A stretch of DNA of 63,693 nt, counting the filler, from Bigelowiella natans CCMP2755 (taxonomy: Eukaryota; Protista; Cercozoa), in NCBI GenBank assembly GCA_000320545.1. It is 7 parts of 7 records of this genome, joined end to end, with 100 filler letters (N's around TTAATTAATTAA, not from the genome) between each part and the next. Parts side by side here need not be neighbours in the genome. Positions count along the whole stretch, not along the records: positions 11,287 to 28,638 come from ADNK01000658.1; 6 more parts are not named here. The stretch is one strand, 5' to 3'. Positions within the stretch are counted from its first letter, which is position 1; every line of letters starts with the position of its first letter. A program made the translations under genes and the position numbers. Positions 12,986 to 24,666 of this stretch are shown here, in pieces. Under the pieces are notes generated by a model, which saw nothing but the letters and a program-made list of their open reading frames with translations, was not told the origin of the DNA and ran no database searches.

Positions 12986-13137
12986 GCGCATTGTAATGTG
13001 AATAACCGTAAATTCCTTGCAGGGCTCAAGCTCAAGCCAGCTTCTCTTTCTTGATGCGAAGACCCTTGAAACTGTATCTACGCATGATCTGAAGGAAATC
13101 ATCCCATTCCATGCTCATGGTAATTACAGCTACAAAA

Positions 13138-13179
<42 letters not shown>

Positions 13180-13202
13180 CAAATTTATATTATACTACAT
13201 AT

Positions 13203-13248
<46 letters not shown>

Positions 13249-13348
13249 TATATTTACATATTTATACCACATGTGAATTATGATTGATACAGGGGTGTCT
13301 TGTCTGCCGACGGAAGGAGGGAAGAAAAAATGTTTCGCCAACCCATAG
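11880..13348 (+). CDS. Carotenoid oxygenase (CCD/RPE65 family), C-terminal exons; 5' part uncertain or truncated by gap
   Basis: Exons read RYVYAIA|GKPASKWFDSIIK|IDSKTRSIAKTW|SLKDTYVTEASFVPRPNHEA|GEDDGWLVSVIYTE|GSSSSQLLFLDAKTLETVSTHDLKEIIPFHAH|GVSCLPTEGGKKKCFANP*. These carry the E..FVP, EDDG, LDA and P...HG family motifs. Confidence 0.85.
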
Positions 13349-13679
13349 AGCGAGCTGTCAAATCATTTTCTAAAGAGCGTGAGGCGCTTACTCTAGATAG
13401 ACTTGTAGCTACAACTACGGTTGAAGCCTCTTTTTGCGTATACTTTTGGCTATATATCCACAGCATGCTGACATATCGTTTGCCATCTCTGCTGGCACAT
13501 ATTAATGATTGATGTCCATGTTCAATATATCACACTGCGCAGAATCCACCTGCTATATAGTTGTGTGCACACATGCGGCGTGGCTTTGTCATTATCTTTG
13601 CTATTAATGGTAATTGAACATCACATGTACTATAGACACAGTATATATTATATATATTATATATACGATATTATATATA

Positions 13680-13724
<45 letters not shown>

Positions 13725-14128
13725 GTATGTCTATTGTATGTTTTTTAGCTACGACTACCAATGTGAGAGGGAAAATTTCCGCGCATGCCACACACAATGA
13801 ACACTTGCATGAGATTAACACTTATATGATGACAATGCCAACACAAACTTCAACAACCTCTACTGCTGCCATTGCTAGATTGCTTTGTTATTTGCTTGTC
13901 CTTGTTGTTGCTTAACGTTCACTGCAGCCTAGCTAGTAGCAGCGCTGAGCACAACATGGATCGATGGTAGCATCATCTTTGTGCTAGATCTAATTGCCAA
14001 ATGGCACATTTCATCATCATCGCATCGCTGCTTCGCGGAGCTTCGAAGATGTCAGACATTCTCATGCTGCAATTGTTGCGGGAGAGCTAGACAAAAGAGA
14101 TTGAGTCATTTTGTTTTTGCACGTACAG

Positions 14129-14262
14129 CTCGCGTAGAACAACAGCTGTGGACCTCTCATCACGTTACATGAACCGTTTTACAGCATGCTTATCATGATG
14201 TCTAATTTCATTTTGAATACTAGAGAGTTCGACGGCTTTTATCTATATTTTTGTTGTGCTTT
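14129..14262 (+). repeat. Left arm of a 134-bp inverted repeat
   Basis: ctcgcgtagaacaacagctgtgg...ttgttgtgcttt is the reverse complement of 15198-15332, with 2 substitutions and one 1-nt indel. Confidence 0.95.
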
Positions 14263-14270
14263 GGGCTGTT

Positions 14271-15131
14271 TCATGAGGCCTCCATCAAGTCAGACAGAGA
14301 AGGAGGGAACTGTGGATCAGGAGGAGCCGAAATTCCTTCCGCAAGAGCAATCTGCTGATAAGCCAGCAACGAAAAATACTCAGAAACGAACATCAAGTCC
14401 TTGTCGCTGATGGCAGCTGGCTTCTTCTTGAACTTGATTTTGGTGTGGTCGAAGAGCCCTCCGAGTATCGACTTGTGCTCTGAGATAACAAAGTAATCAT
14501 CCGCGAGTTCGAACTCCTGCGAGCAAGTAAGGAAAAGAACGTCGATCTTGCCATCGTCTTCCCGATTGCGAGCATACATCGTGAAGATCGTATCAGAGCC
14601 TCCCTTGCCCTGGCTAAATTGGGTGTCGTGACCAGACCACGTGGTGTTATCGAAAAACTTGATCCATTCTATTTGTTTATTGAAGTCGTCATTATACTTA
14701 TCTGGGATATTGATCATAGATTGAATATCTGCAAAGAACTCATCGGTTTTGTCGTATGCCAGTCCTGCTCCTTTAAACACCTTCGTAGCTTGCTTGTACT
14801 TTGACCATCCGTTGTTGAGATGGGTATCAAGAAGCTGTTCTTCGTAGGTTGACTTGAAGGCATTGACGATGCTCTCCCAAGCCCCTGTGATCTGTTGGAT
14901 AGCCTGGATGAGCATTTCGAATGGGTTTACCGTATCCTTGATGCGTGTCGCGTTAGTTTTTTTCTGTTCGATAGCTTCAATGAGCATCGCAAATGGTTTT
15001 GTGGCTGAGCCTTTAGCATCCTTGATGTGTGTCATTTCAGCTTTTTCGAGATCCTTGGCAGTAGTGGGTTCTATCAGGTCGACGCGCGTGACGACGCCCT
15101 TCCATTTTTGTAAGAAAGAGTCTTCAGACAT
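14271..15131 (-). CDS. Intronless hypothetical protein, 286 aa (MSEDSFLQKW...SDLMEAS)
   Basis: Uninterrupted, non-repetitive ORF (track 14271..15209, first ATG at 15131) with globular-looking composition; no family recognised. Confidence 0.8.
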   Translation of the reverse strand: MSEDSFLQKWKGVVTRVDLIEPTTAKDLEKAEMTHIKDAKGSATKPFAMLIEAIEQKKTNATRIKDTVNPFEMLIQAIQQITGAWESIVNAFKSTYEEQLLDTHLNNGWSKYKQATKVFKGAGLAYDKTDEFFADIQSMINIPDKYNDDFNKQIEWIKFFDNTTWSGHDTQFSQGKGGSDTIFTMYARNREDDGKIDVLFLTCSQEFELADDYFVISEHKSILGGLFDHTKIKFKKKPAAISDKDLMFVSEYFSLLAYQQIALAEGISAPPDPQFPPSLSDLMEAS

Positions 15132-15197
15132 ACTTCCTGTTAATGAAGAGGAGGATGGATCACAGAAAATATCAAAATTGCACACACACACACACAG

Positions 15198-15332
15198 AAA
15201 GCACAACAAAAATATAGATAAAAGCCGTCGAACTCTCTAGTATTCAAAAACGAAATTAGACGTCATGATAAGCATGCTGTAAAACGGTTCATGTAACGTG
15301 ATGAGAGGTCCACAGCTGTTGTTCTACGCGAG
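15198..15332 (-). repeat. Right arm of the inverted repeat (135 bp)
   Basis: aaagcacaacaaaaatatagat...gttctacgcgag, reverse complement of 14129-14262. Confidence 0.95.
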
Positions 15333-15398
15333 AGCATTGTTGTGATGGCATTGATGCCGAGAACATGAGATGTTTGCAAGCGATGCGAGCATGACGGC
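15332..15398 (+). repeat. Dispersed ~70-bp direct repeat, copy A
   Basis: gagcattgttgtgatggcattgatgccgagaacatgagatgtttgcaagcgatgcgagcatgacggc matches 19531-19601 (1 mismatch, 4-nt indel). Confidence 0.85.
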
Positions 15399-15682
15399 TC
15401 ATGCTATAATGCAATCCACAATGTGCATTAGATACATGTAAAATGCATGAAAAATGTGACTTAGATACATGATAGAGCCTAAGTAACTCGTAGCTGCCAC
15501 ACTCCCGTCGCATGTGCATTTGTAGCAACATGAATGCGGATTCTCCACGTGCATCGTATTTTGAGTAATATATGCGATATACGCATACAGGATGGGACAC
15601 ACACCTCTATTTTAAGTGCAAGAGCCCAAATATCCCAGAGCAATATCTCATGGACACGAATAGTAAGTAAGCTTATCTAATC

Positions 15683-16591
15683 TCAATAAAATCCTGAAGC
15701 TTTCAGTCCTTTTGGAACAAATTTACATAAACTCCAAAGCGATGACGCTTCCTCCGGCTGCTCAGAACTCGTATGTTTAACAAGCGGAACATCCTGCAAT
15801 GGGATCATATCTAAATTTACGGATGGATTCGGATCCTTTTCCTCTAAAGCAATCTTTTCGCTTTGATTGCGTGATCCTCCTTCAGAGTTTTTCAAACGCT
15901 TTCTTGATTCGTACTGCATGTTTATGTCCAACTGAGATGCGGAGCAAATGTGGATGCTAATTAGAACTGCCTTTTTAAGTTTCAATCGGAAGTTATGCTT
16001 CGGAGAAAATGACGCAGGCTCGAACGCATTATCGCTACTAGACCTAGCTTTTCTTCGAATTAACGTGAAAAGTCTAGTGGGCTTCATCTCCTTATTGAAT
16101 GCTGGAGAAGGACACGAAATCATTTGTCGTATGAGCCTTTTCTTGATTTTAGAGAGTATCTTATCTGAGCTTTCTTGTTGAAAATTTAAGTCATTTGAAA
16201 ATGTTATGGAATAAACTTCCTTCGGGCTATAGATCGATGGTCCGAGTAACAGTAAAACCTCCATGACAATTCCTCCTTTGAACAAGGACGTTCCTAAACC
16301 ATTCAACAGTGCCTCGGTCGTTTCTACAAACCTTTTCTGCCGTTTTGACGAACCTGAAATACGTGCCTTCCTGCGACGCCCATCTTTTTGCTCCCCTCTT
16401 TCATGGTCATCAAAATCTAACTTAACTTCATCATAAGGGCATGGAATCTGCTGTCGGATGTACAAAATGTACTTTATCACATCGCATGTGACACTTGAGC
16501 AGATCTTTGATGTAATCGCGCAATTATGCGGAAGTTTAATGGTGATAAGCTCGTCCGCTGAGGAATAGTCGGGGTGCCGTCTCTTCCGCAT
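15683..16591 (-). CDS. MAD2L1BP: p31comet / MAD2L1-binding protein (HORMA-like), intronless, 302 aa
   Basis: VTCDVIKYILYIRQQIPCPYDEV and EVLLLLGPSIYSPKEVYSI match the p31comet family blocks (ILY.RQQ.P.PY; LLG.....PKE.Y). Confidence 0.75.
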   Translation of the reverse strand: MRKRRHPDYSSADELITIKLPHNCAITSKICSSVTCDVIKYILYIRQQIPCPYDEVKLDFDDHERGEQKDGRRRKARISGSSKRQKRFVETTEALLNGLGTSLFKGGIVMEVLLLLGPSIYSPKEVYSITFSNDLNFQQESSDKILSKIKKRLIRQMISCPSPAFNKEMKPTRLFTLIRRKARSSSDNAFEPASFSPKHNFRLKLKKAVLISIHICSASQLDINMQYESRKRLKNSEGGSRNQSEKIALEEKDPNPSVNLDMIPLQDVPLVKHTSSEQPEEASSLWSLCKFVPKGLKASGFY

Positions 16592-17146
16592 TGGTCAACG
16601 AGAGGAGTGAAAAGAGGAACAGGGCGCGAAGCCGTTGGTTTTTTTTAATTCCAATGATGAGCGCAAATTTCAAATTCGCCCTTCGAATGTACAATTTTTA
16701 AAAATACATGTACATGTAGGTCTAGCTTCGAAAGAAAAATGGTGTTCAAAATAGATCTAGTTGCGACTGCGCATCCACCAGATATACGAGGTAAATCCCC
16801 AGGGGGTTTCCTGTTCAAAAAGTCCCCCCGTCAGAGGCGCCAAAAAGTTCCTTTTAACCGTTGGATCCTCTTTGTTTGGGTCAGAGATCCCCGAAGAAAC
16901 GATTTCCAGACGACACTAGTAATACTAACAATGTTCATATATAGCGACAAATAGTAGAAGTTGTCGTTCATCTCATTTAAGGCACAGGATGTAATGATAT
17001 CTCAGTCAAAGATAAGTCTAAGCCTTTCTAGTATATCGACTATGGGGGATTACGACAAGCAAAAATGTTTTTATTAAACATAATTGCACTGTGTTCCTGT
17101 ATAAGACTATTTTTTACAGACTTCCCTTTGCCTGAAAAAAATAAAA

Positions 17147-18546
17147 ATGGCTCCGCCGCTGCTGAGGGGGAGGGCCTTGAGGCCGACCTTCCTACTAGCC
17201 ACAGGAATACCTCTACTGATTATCGCATGTAATTTATTCGAAAAAATAAAAAATCTGAATGGTTCCCATTTTCCCGATATTTTTACGATCCTGTCGATCC
17301 TCGTTGGATGTGTCCGCAAGTTTCTTCGAGACTTTAGCGCATTTCAATTCTAAGGGATGGGGTCGATTTCGTAGTATTCACGTTAATATTTAAATTTTAG
17401 CTGGTTAAATATATTTCTACATTATCGTGCGTTTTGAGTGGATCGTATGCGAAACGACGCACACCTGATTTCATTCGCAGTCCTGCGCCGTTTATCCCTT
17501 TTTCACGCCTGATGTGTTATTAATAAAAGTGGCTGCTTCGAGATTCAAAGGACCTGGGGTAAGATATTGTGAAGACGAGCTCAGGGACGCATTCCAGGTA
17601 ATTACTGTTCTCAGATAATGGCTAGGCGTTGGAAATCGAACTTTTAGCAAAAATCCCGCTGCAGCCCATGTTCTTTATGTGTTACTGATTAGCGAATTTT
17701 CTTGTAAAGGAGTTACGATCGCATTCCCTGGATCCGCAGCAAAGAAGAACTGTTTACTTTAGGACCGTTGATATGATCAAACACGGTGGGTAAATTTGGG
17801 GTAGCAGGTGCTGGTTGGTGAAGGTTCGCCCTCCGAACGTAAATGGTGAGTGCTTATTTCATCGAATACATAGGAAAATGTCAGGATCACCAAAAGAACG
17901 GAGAGCTACGTGGGTCTCTCTCTGTCATGCTTAGAGCGCTTGCAGTAAGTGCGGGTCTCAGCTACGCTCAGGTACTGAGGCTACTCCAATCTTTGGTTAA
18001 GAATATTCATTACCAAATCTATCATTTGTAATAATATTTCTTCTACCAAAATACTAGCATGCCTCATCCCACTTCTTCCTGTGATATTATGTAGAGGCAC
18101 GCTTACCTAACGGTCCATATTCGAAATTTTCCATCGATGCTTCATAGCCCGCTTCGGATGTACCTCAACATGGTATTACTCCCATTACACGCAGCATGGC
18201 AAATGCGTCTCGAATATTGATTTTTCCCACCGAAGAAGAACTTGGAAAAGTTCATAAGAAAGTGAGGGAGAGGGAGCGTTGGACACAGCTTTATCCATTT
18301 TTCTCAAGAAAGTATAGCTTCATGAACATCACATTCGTTTTGTTTTTATTTAAGGGTGACGTAATCTTGGACCGGTCAAATGATTTGGTGAAGGTAATAG
18401 ATCAAGAATACCCGCAAAGAAATAATACTTTACTGAAAAATCATTCAATTTACCATCAACAGGAGATCCAGCACCCCCCTCGAGCCCCCAAGAGCTGGCG
18501 TGCAAGGTATGTGGGCGTGGAGAAGGGGGGGGCGCGCGCGCGCGCG

Positions 18547-18586
<40 letters not shown>

Positions 18587-18878
18587 TGGGAAAGGGGAAG
18601 AGTATGCATGCATATTACATGTATCTCTCGTCTCTCTCTCTCTCTGTATGTGTTTAAAAGGGGAATATGTAATTCAAGGGAAAATCCCGCGTGTTAACCA
18701 AAACGCAATGTGACTATGAATAATTAGGTTACTGGACGAAGTTGAGTGGTGGAGGAAAGAACTTTCGCAAGTGTTCCTGGGGCATTATCCTGCGCTTCGC
18801 TCCCACGACGACGACAACCGCACCGAGGACGCTTTTGATAGGGAGACTGTCGAAGAGCCCATTCCTGATTTGAAATGA
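17147..18878 (+). CDS. Hypothetical protein with N-terminal hydrophobic leader and many very small exons
   Basis: Start MAPPLLRGRALRPTFLLATGIPLLIIA, then a chain of short GT-AG exons. The last exons read EIQHPPRAPKSWRAR|LLDEVEWWRKELSQVFLGHYPALRSHDDDNRTEDAFDRETVEEPIPDLK*. Confidence 0.45.
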
Positions 18879-19530
18879 ACGGCGCCATGTACGCAAATAG
18901 GCAGTGCTGGAAGACACACCACTTAGAATTTTAATGAGAACAATTTGGACTTCCGTAATAGCCTCCCTACTCTTTTCCCAAACCATCTTCCCCCCTTCCC
19001 TTCCTCCTCCCTCCCTCCCTCCCTCCCTGAGGACGAAAACATCCAAATCAGCTCCACATCCCTATTCTGTCGTAGCTCTCGATTTTCAGCCACATGCGCG
19101 TTGGAAATTATTGTGGTATGCTAGAAGCATGTAAAGTACACTAGGTATAATGGCGAAATAATATATTGTGCCAATGTCTAGATGTGCATGTATCGTAGCG
19201 ATAAGAATCACAGCTAATTACGTACGGACCTATTGCTAAGGAGATATGAGCTTATTCGATGCCCACATAATGGGCCTAGCGCTAGCTAGCTAGGTGTGGA
19301 CCTGATTGTTGAATGCATCCAAAGCAAACAAACCATAATGACATGTAGCAAGTTTTGCACTTGTTGGTGGTATCTTGTGGTGATCTAACATAACGCATGC
19401 CACGCCTTGTCATTGACAAATTGTTCATGAATCCGTGTGTTTGCGTGCTGTGATGACCTGCATCCCAAAGCAACAATGAGATATCACGTACCTACTGAAT
19501 CTCCTCTACCAACTAGTCATGCAAGTTGAC

Positions 19531-19601
19531 GAGCATTTTTGTGATGGCATTGATGCCGAGAACATGAGATGTTTAGTTGCAAGCGATGCGAGCATGACGG
19601 C
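19531..19601 (+). repeat. Dispersed ~70-bp direct repeat, copy B
   Basis: Matches 15332-15398. Confidence 0.85.
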
Positions 19602-20027
19602 ACATTAGATGCAAGTGAAACACATTGACATGTACATGTGCATGTGTGTGCATGTGCACATGTGAGACGGCAGCAAACAAGGACGCTTTCAAATGCATGA
19701 AACACATTCCAGCATTGTGGCAGAAACACAAGTGGACACAGCCCTCTTACTAGCTGAGCGCTGTAGCACAACAGACATGCAATGCCATGGCACAGTGCGT
19801 GTTTCTGTTTTGGCTGCTATTAGTCGTTTGGTGTCGTCGTTGCGATTCATGATGGGCAGCTAATTGGTTGTGTAGTAGTCTCAGTTGTTGGTGTGTAGAC
19901 GGTACAGATATGCAGTAGCCACGTCACCACAAAGTATTGTGGACGTCCGTTCATATGCTCCTCGGAACAATTCGAACAACAATCCTTACAAACTAAATTT
20001 ATCATCCACTGTTAAGATGTCCCGGAA

Positions 20028-20715
20028 TCAACATTGCACTGGATCTACGAAGCCTGCAAATCCACGAAAAACGGTCCATGGAGAATTCAGCGCAACGAAT
20101 CTTACCACAAACATGAATCCTCACAGTTTTTAAGCCGTTAACATCATGACAAAATTCATAAAACGACCTTGGGGAATCCAATCTAATCCACTCATCCAAA
20201 GATGAATCGTCCATGGCCAAGTAACGAAACTGCAGTTTATGTATCGATCATGAACAAAACAACCGATAACTCTCTACTTTCCGGTTCGTCCCTGTTCGAA
20301 AGCCCCAAGATTCACGTTCCAAATACCATCTAAACTAAATCAAGCATGCTCTCGCATTCGGCGGCACGCAGCACATAGTTAACCCTCGCAACAGGAGCGG
20401 CAATTTGCATCACTTGGACATCCTCCCATATGCCTGAGGCAGAGACAACAAAAGAACATCCGTAATCCATACCAGTTCGTTTTACACGAATTTGTACGAT
20501 TTATCGCGAAGACACTCATGCGCCAGACCGCCCCCCCCCCCCGGCAAACAACTTACCGAAAGGTGAGTACACTTGCATTGTATATCCCAGAGTGAGCTCC
20601 GACCCGTCCCATGCGTACCTACGACAAACAAACCCATTCCCACGATGATCTCTCACGTGAGCACCAGGTCAGGCCTTAATTGAACACACACGCGATGGGG
20701 GCTTAACTACTACAA

Positions 20716-20752
<37 letters not shown>

Positions 20753-22657
20753 ACTACTAATTCTACTGCGACGGAAAGTTTACATTCGCATGGATAGCAT
20801 GTGGAATATCCTGAAATCGTCTTCGCTGAGTCCGCTCTCTAGGAACTTTGTTAAGTCCAACGACACAATCTGCCGACAGGAGTAGCAAGCAACAGCACAC
20901 AGGCATCCGTGACTGTCAGCTGTAGGATATCGGCCTTTGCATGCGAGAAGAACATCTTTCCACCGATATCGTTTCAGTAGTAACAACAACAAATATACCA
21001 CGCAACGTCAACTACTAACCTGCTGGCCCTTTATCAGCGCCGCAGTAACTGTCCGAACGGACGCTTCCGAAGCCCCGTTATACAACGCGAGGCCTGATAG
21101 AATAATCACAATTACAACAATGCTGCCCGCGCTCTCAACCCCCCCCCCCCCCCCCCCCTCCTCAGCTCCCTTTCCCCCTCTCCCTCTTATGTTCTGTCCC
21201 CGTTCTTGCTGCCTTCGCGCGCGAACATGATGACAAATGCAGAGCCCCTTGATTCGGCGATGGGGCAATAGGGCATGCATACCTAGAAAGTCCCAGATTG
21301 TGGGACTGTTGCTGGCGAAGAATATCTAGGAGATAATGGGTAAACTCAAAATTAGAAAGCTTTAAAACCACGTGCACGCACACACACACGCACACACACA
21401 CACACACACGAAACAGATACATGAGTGAAAGCAAGCTGCATTTACGCATGCACGTGCATGCTGCATGTATCTGGCGTTGTGTAAAACCACCTTAGTCACC
21501 AAGGAGAGGAACTTGTTCAAGTGCTGGCACCGCTAAGGAATGGCGAGTGTACTCATATAAGCGGTTTTGGCGCAGGTATTCGGAAAATGAGTTCCACAAG
21601 AATTAGATCACAAATGTATCTTTCCCATTTCACCCCCGACCCCCGTGCGAGTCGTTCGCGTCGTTGCAATGGTTTGCGAACGAATATCACATTCTGTGGA
21701 AAGTCTGATGGCCACCACGAATGGTGCTTCTACAAAGCGGCGCGAGTTGTTTTGTATTATTACATGATGCGGGTAGTATGGCCACGTCTGTTTGCCGTAG
21801 TGATCATGCGCCGTCGTTAGCACCATCTGCATCCTACAAGGAATCGACGGTGTGAATTAGGGTCGGAAAACACGCACAATCTTCATCGTCGTTCAAATCA
21901 TACTCTTCATCCCAGAGAACTACGGGATTCTTGTCCCGATGTGACTTAAGATCGCTTGTTTCCTTCGCGCGACGCTCAGTGTCCTCCGTCTCTGCGTATA
22001 GTCGAACGTGAGCGCGGCAGTACAAACAGAAGAAAACGGACAAACACATATAGAGACCATAGAGAAGGGGCTACGTGTCATGTCTGTGCTGCTGCTATAA
22101 GATAGATAGCAATACCGTCATATATCTTCCTCAATCTCTCAAAGAGCCTTGACGCAGGTTCGCGCAGCCCATACTAAATGGAGTGTTGTCAATATTCAAT
22201 AGTAGCAGAGAAATATATCGGCATTCTTCGTAGGAGAGTCCTCCCCTGCTCCTTCTCCCTTCTTCCCTCACCTCCTCCATCTTGCATTTTATGATATGTA
22301 TAAAGACCTTTGGGAGGGGGAAAGGCTTGATGTGCTTCCGTGATAGCCACCGACGGCCATGGACGCCTAAATTTACCTATTGTGTTGTCGCAGGGCCGGA
22401 TAAGAGGAGAAAAACAAGTCAAGCAACGCGAATGCACGCTTCTCTGTTGCTAGATCCCCCCCCCCCCCCCCCCCCCCTCATATCCACACTTGCAGCAGCG
22501 TGTGAACAGAACCTCATAGTCATCGTATCTGCTAGCCGTTATCGTCCCGAACGCGCCATTGAAGATTTCTCTATTTTTCAGTCCCTTCAAAGAAGCAACA
22601 ACGGCAATAACTTCAACAAAAACAAGAGAGTCTGTCGAAAACGCGCTCGAAATTTAA

Positions 22658-22702
<45 letters not shown>

Positions 22703-23540
22703 ATGAGAGCATGGCAACTATTTTCACACAAACGTCCGAATGCACGCTCGATCTACCGTGATAATAACAGGATTGCCAACAGCAAGTTTGGGAACACCTT
22801 TCCCTGAAAACATCATCACCACGTGATTTTGGCTGATTGTCATGCCCAGCACACAGAGCAACTTGGCGGTGAAAAGATATATGAGAGAAAGAGAGGGTGG
22901 GAGGGAGGGGAAGAGAAGAAGAGAAGAAGAAAGAGACGCTTTCCAAACATGTCGGAAACTTGAGAAAGTGACGACTATAATTCGTACAGTAGGCTTATTG
23001 TTTTGCTTTGATGCCAATTATTGTGATAGTGCGAAACCTGCTCCTTTGCTACTATCCTCTCCCCGTCCTCCTACTTCATTGGCACATATAGTTGTCAGTA
23101 TCCATTCTAACGACGCTAGAGCGTATGAGCGTATAATCGATATTTTTCTATATTTACTTTTGGAAGACTAAGAGAGACAGAGAGGGGGGGAAGGGGTGGG
23201 GGAGCGGAAAGATATATCTGAAAAATTGTCCAATGGCAAACAAATGTATCGATGAATACACCTGACGGTTGTGATTTAGACTTGGAAGCTTTGGCCTTAG
23301 ACGACAGTGATGCAGGTCTTATCGACGCAGTTTTTGAGGGTGGGACCGCGGCCAATGCTGGCTTCGCCTTAATCGGCACCGCGGCGTCGCTTTCCGGCTG
23401 CTCCCTACAACACCAATAGCCAAGACGAGTTGTGTTTGATACTTTCTTTTTGAAAAAACAACGACTATTCGAACAGTCAGGAGGTTCCGTAAACTTCTGT
23501 TCAGAGCGTTAAATTCTTCTCAGTTTCCGTGCGTGCGTGC

Positions 23541-23593
<53 letters not shown>

Positions 23594-23955
23594 GTATGAC
23601 CCACCGGCTGCTCACGGGCTGCTTCCCCGCCAAGCCCGCTGCTGTTCCTACCCCTGCTGATACAGCAAGTCCATGTTGCTTTTTCTTCCTCGTCTGCGGC
23701 TCGGAGGACTCGGCCGTCGCCGGCGCGACACAGAAGCCCAGTGCCTAATAGCAGTTGTTGTGGCATTTTTGAGACAAATGTCTCAGAAGAACCCGTTCCG
23801 CGACCCCCCCCCTCCCTCCTCTTTGAATCATACATATTTTGCACCTCGATAGTAATGGCCTTCTGCGACCTCACTTCTGGGATCCCAAGAAGTTTGTCCA
23901 TGCGCAGCCGAAATCTGGAGAAGTTTATGAATGTTGTCAAGGTATAGCCAGAAAA

Positions 23956-23993
<38 letters not shown>

Positions 23994-24625
23994 GAGAGAG
24001 AGCAAGCAGCGATAAACGGGGGAATTCACACACATACAGACACACATACAGAAACACATACGTAAGTGCACGTGCGTCGTTTCTCAGCATAATTATGATA
24101 TTTGCGCAGTCATCGCATGGTGTTTTATGTCACAACCGGAATCGTTGGCCTGTGACTGTTTTCGGCAGAAAGAATTCCTCCCGGACCCCGCAAGCCTTTG
24201 TCTTCCCCTACGAACACAGCACACCCATTGTTCAGTCATTTTCACTGTTGCCATCGTTATCACACCATCCATCGTCCTCTTCGCATCATCATCATCATCC
24301 TCGTCATCATCATCAAACGCATTGCTACCACCTCGAGGATAGTGATCCATTCTTTCTCCGCTCCGCCCGTTGGAGGAAGCTTGCAGGAGAAAAAGAACAG
24401 TAAGGGAAGGGCGGGGAGGGCAAAAGGCAAACGGCGAACGGCAAACGGCGAATGGCTTTGTCAGCTCTACTAGCGACTCATCCCCACTCCAGGTCCCATT
24501 GCTCCTCTTCTGAAGCCCCATTTTCTAGATCTGAACGCAAGCTACCTGCATTTGCAGCTCGAATTCCTTGGGAAACTTGTCGCCGCTGAACACCCGGAGA
24601 GCGCGCATTTTGCTCTTCGACTGGG

Positions 24626-24666
<41 letters not shown>

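Larger units (their letters stand above)
14129..15332. mobile_element. Putative non-autonomous TIR/foldback element carrying a cargo gene
   Basis: Long near-identical inverted repeats enclose one intronless ORF. No transposase motifs are visible and there is no clear TSD (at most AG/AG). Confidence 0.5.

Noticed and set aside
14271-15131. Transposase or Fanzor/TnpB identity for the IR-flanked ORF
   Set aside because: No RuvC-I D.G motif, no CxxC zinc finger (only one Cys), no recognisable DDE layout, and short for these families.
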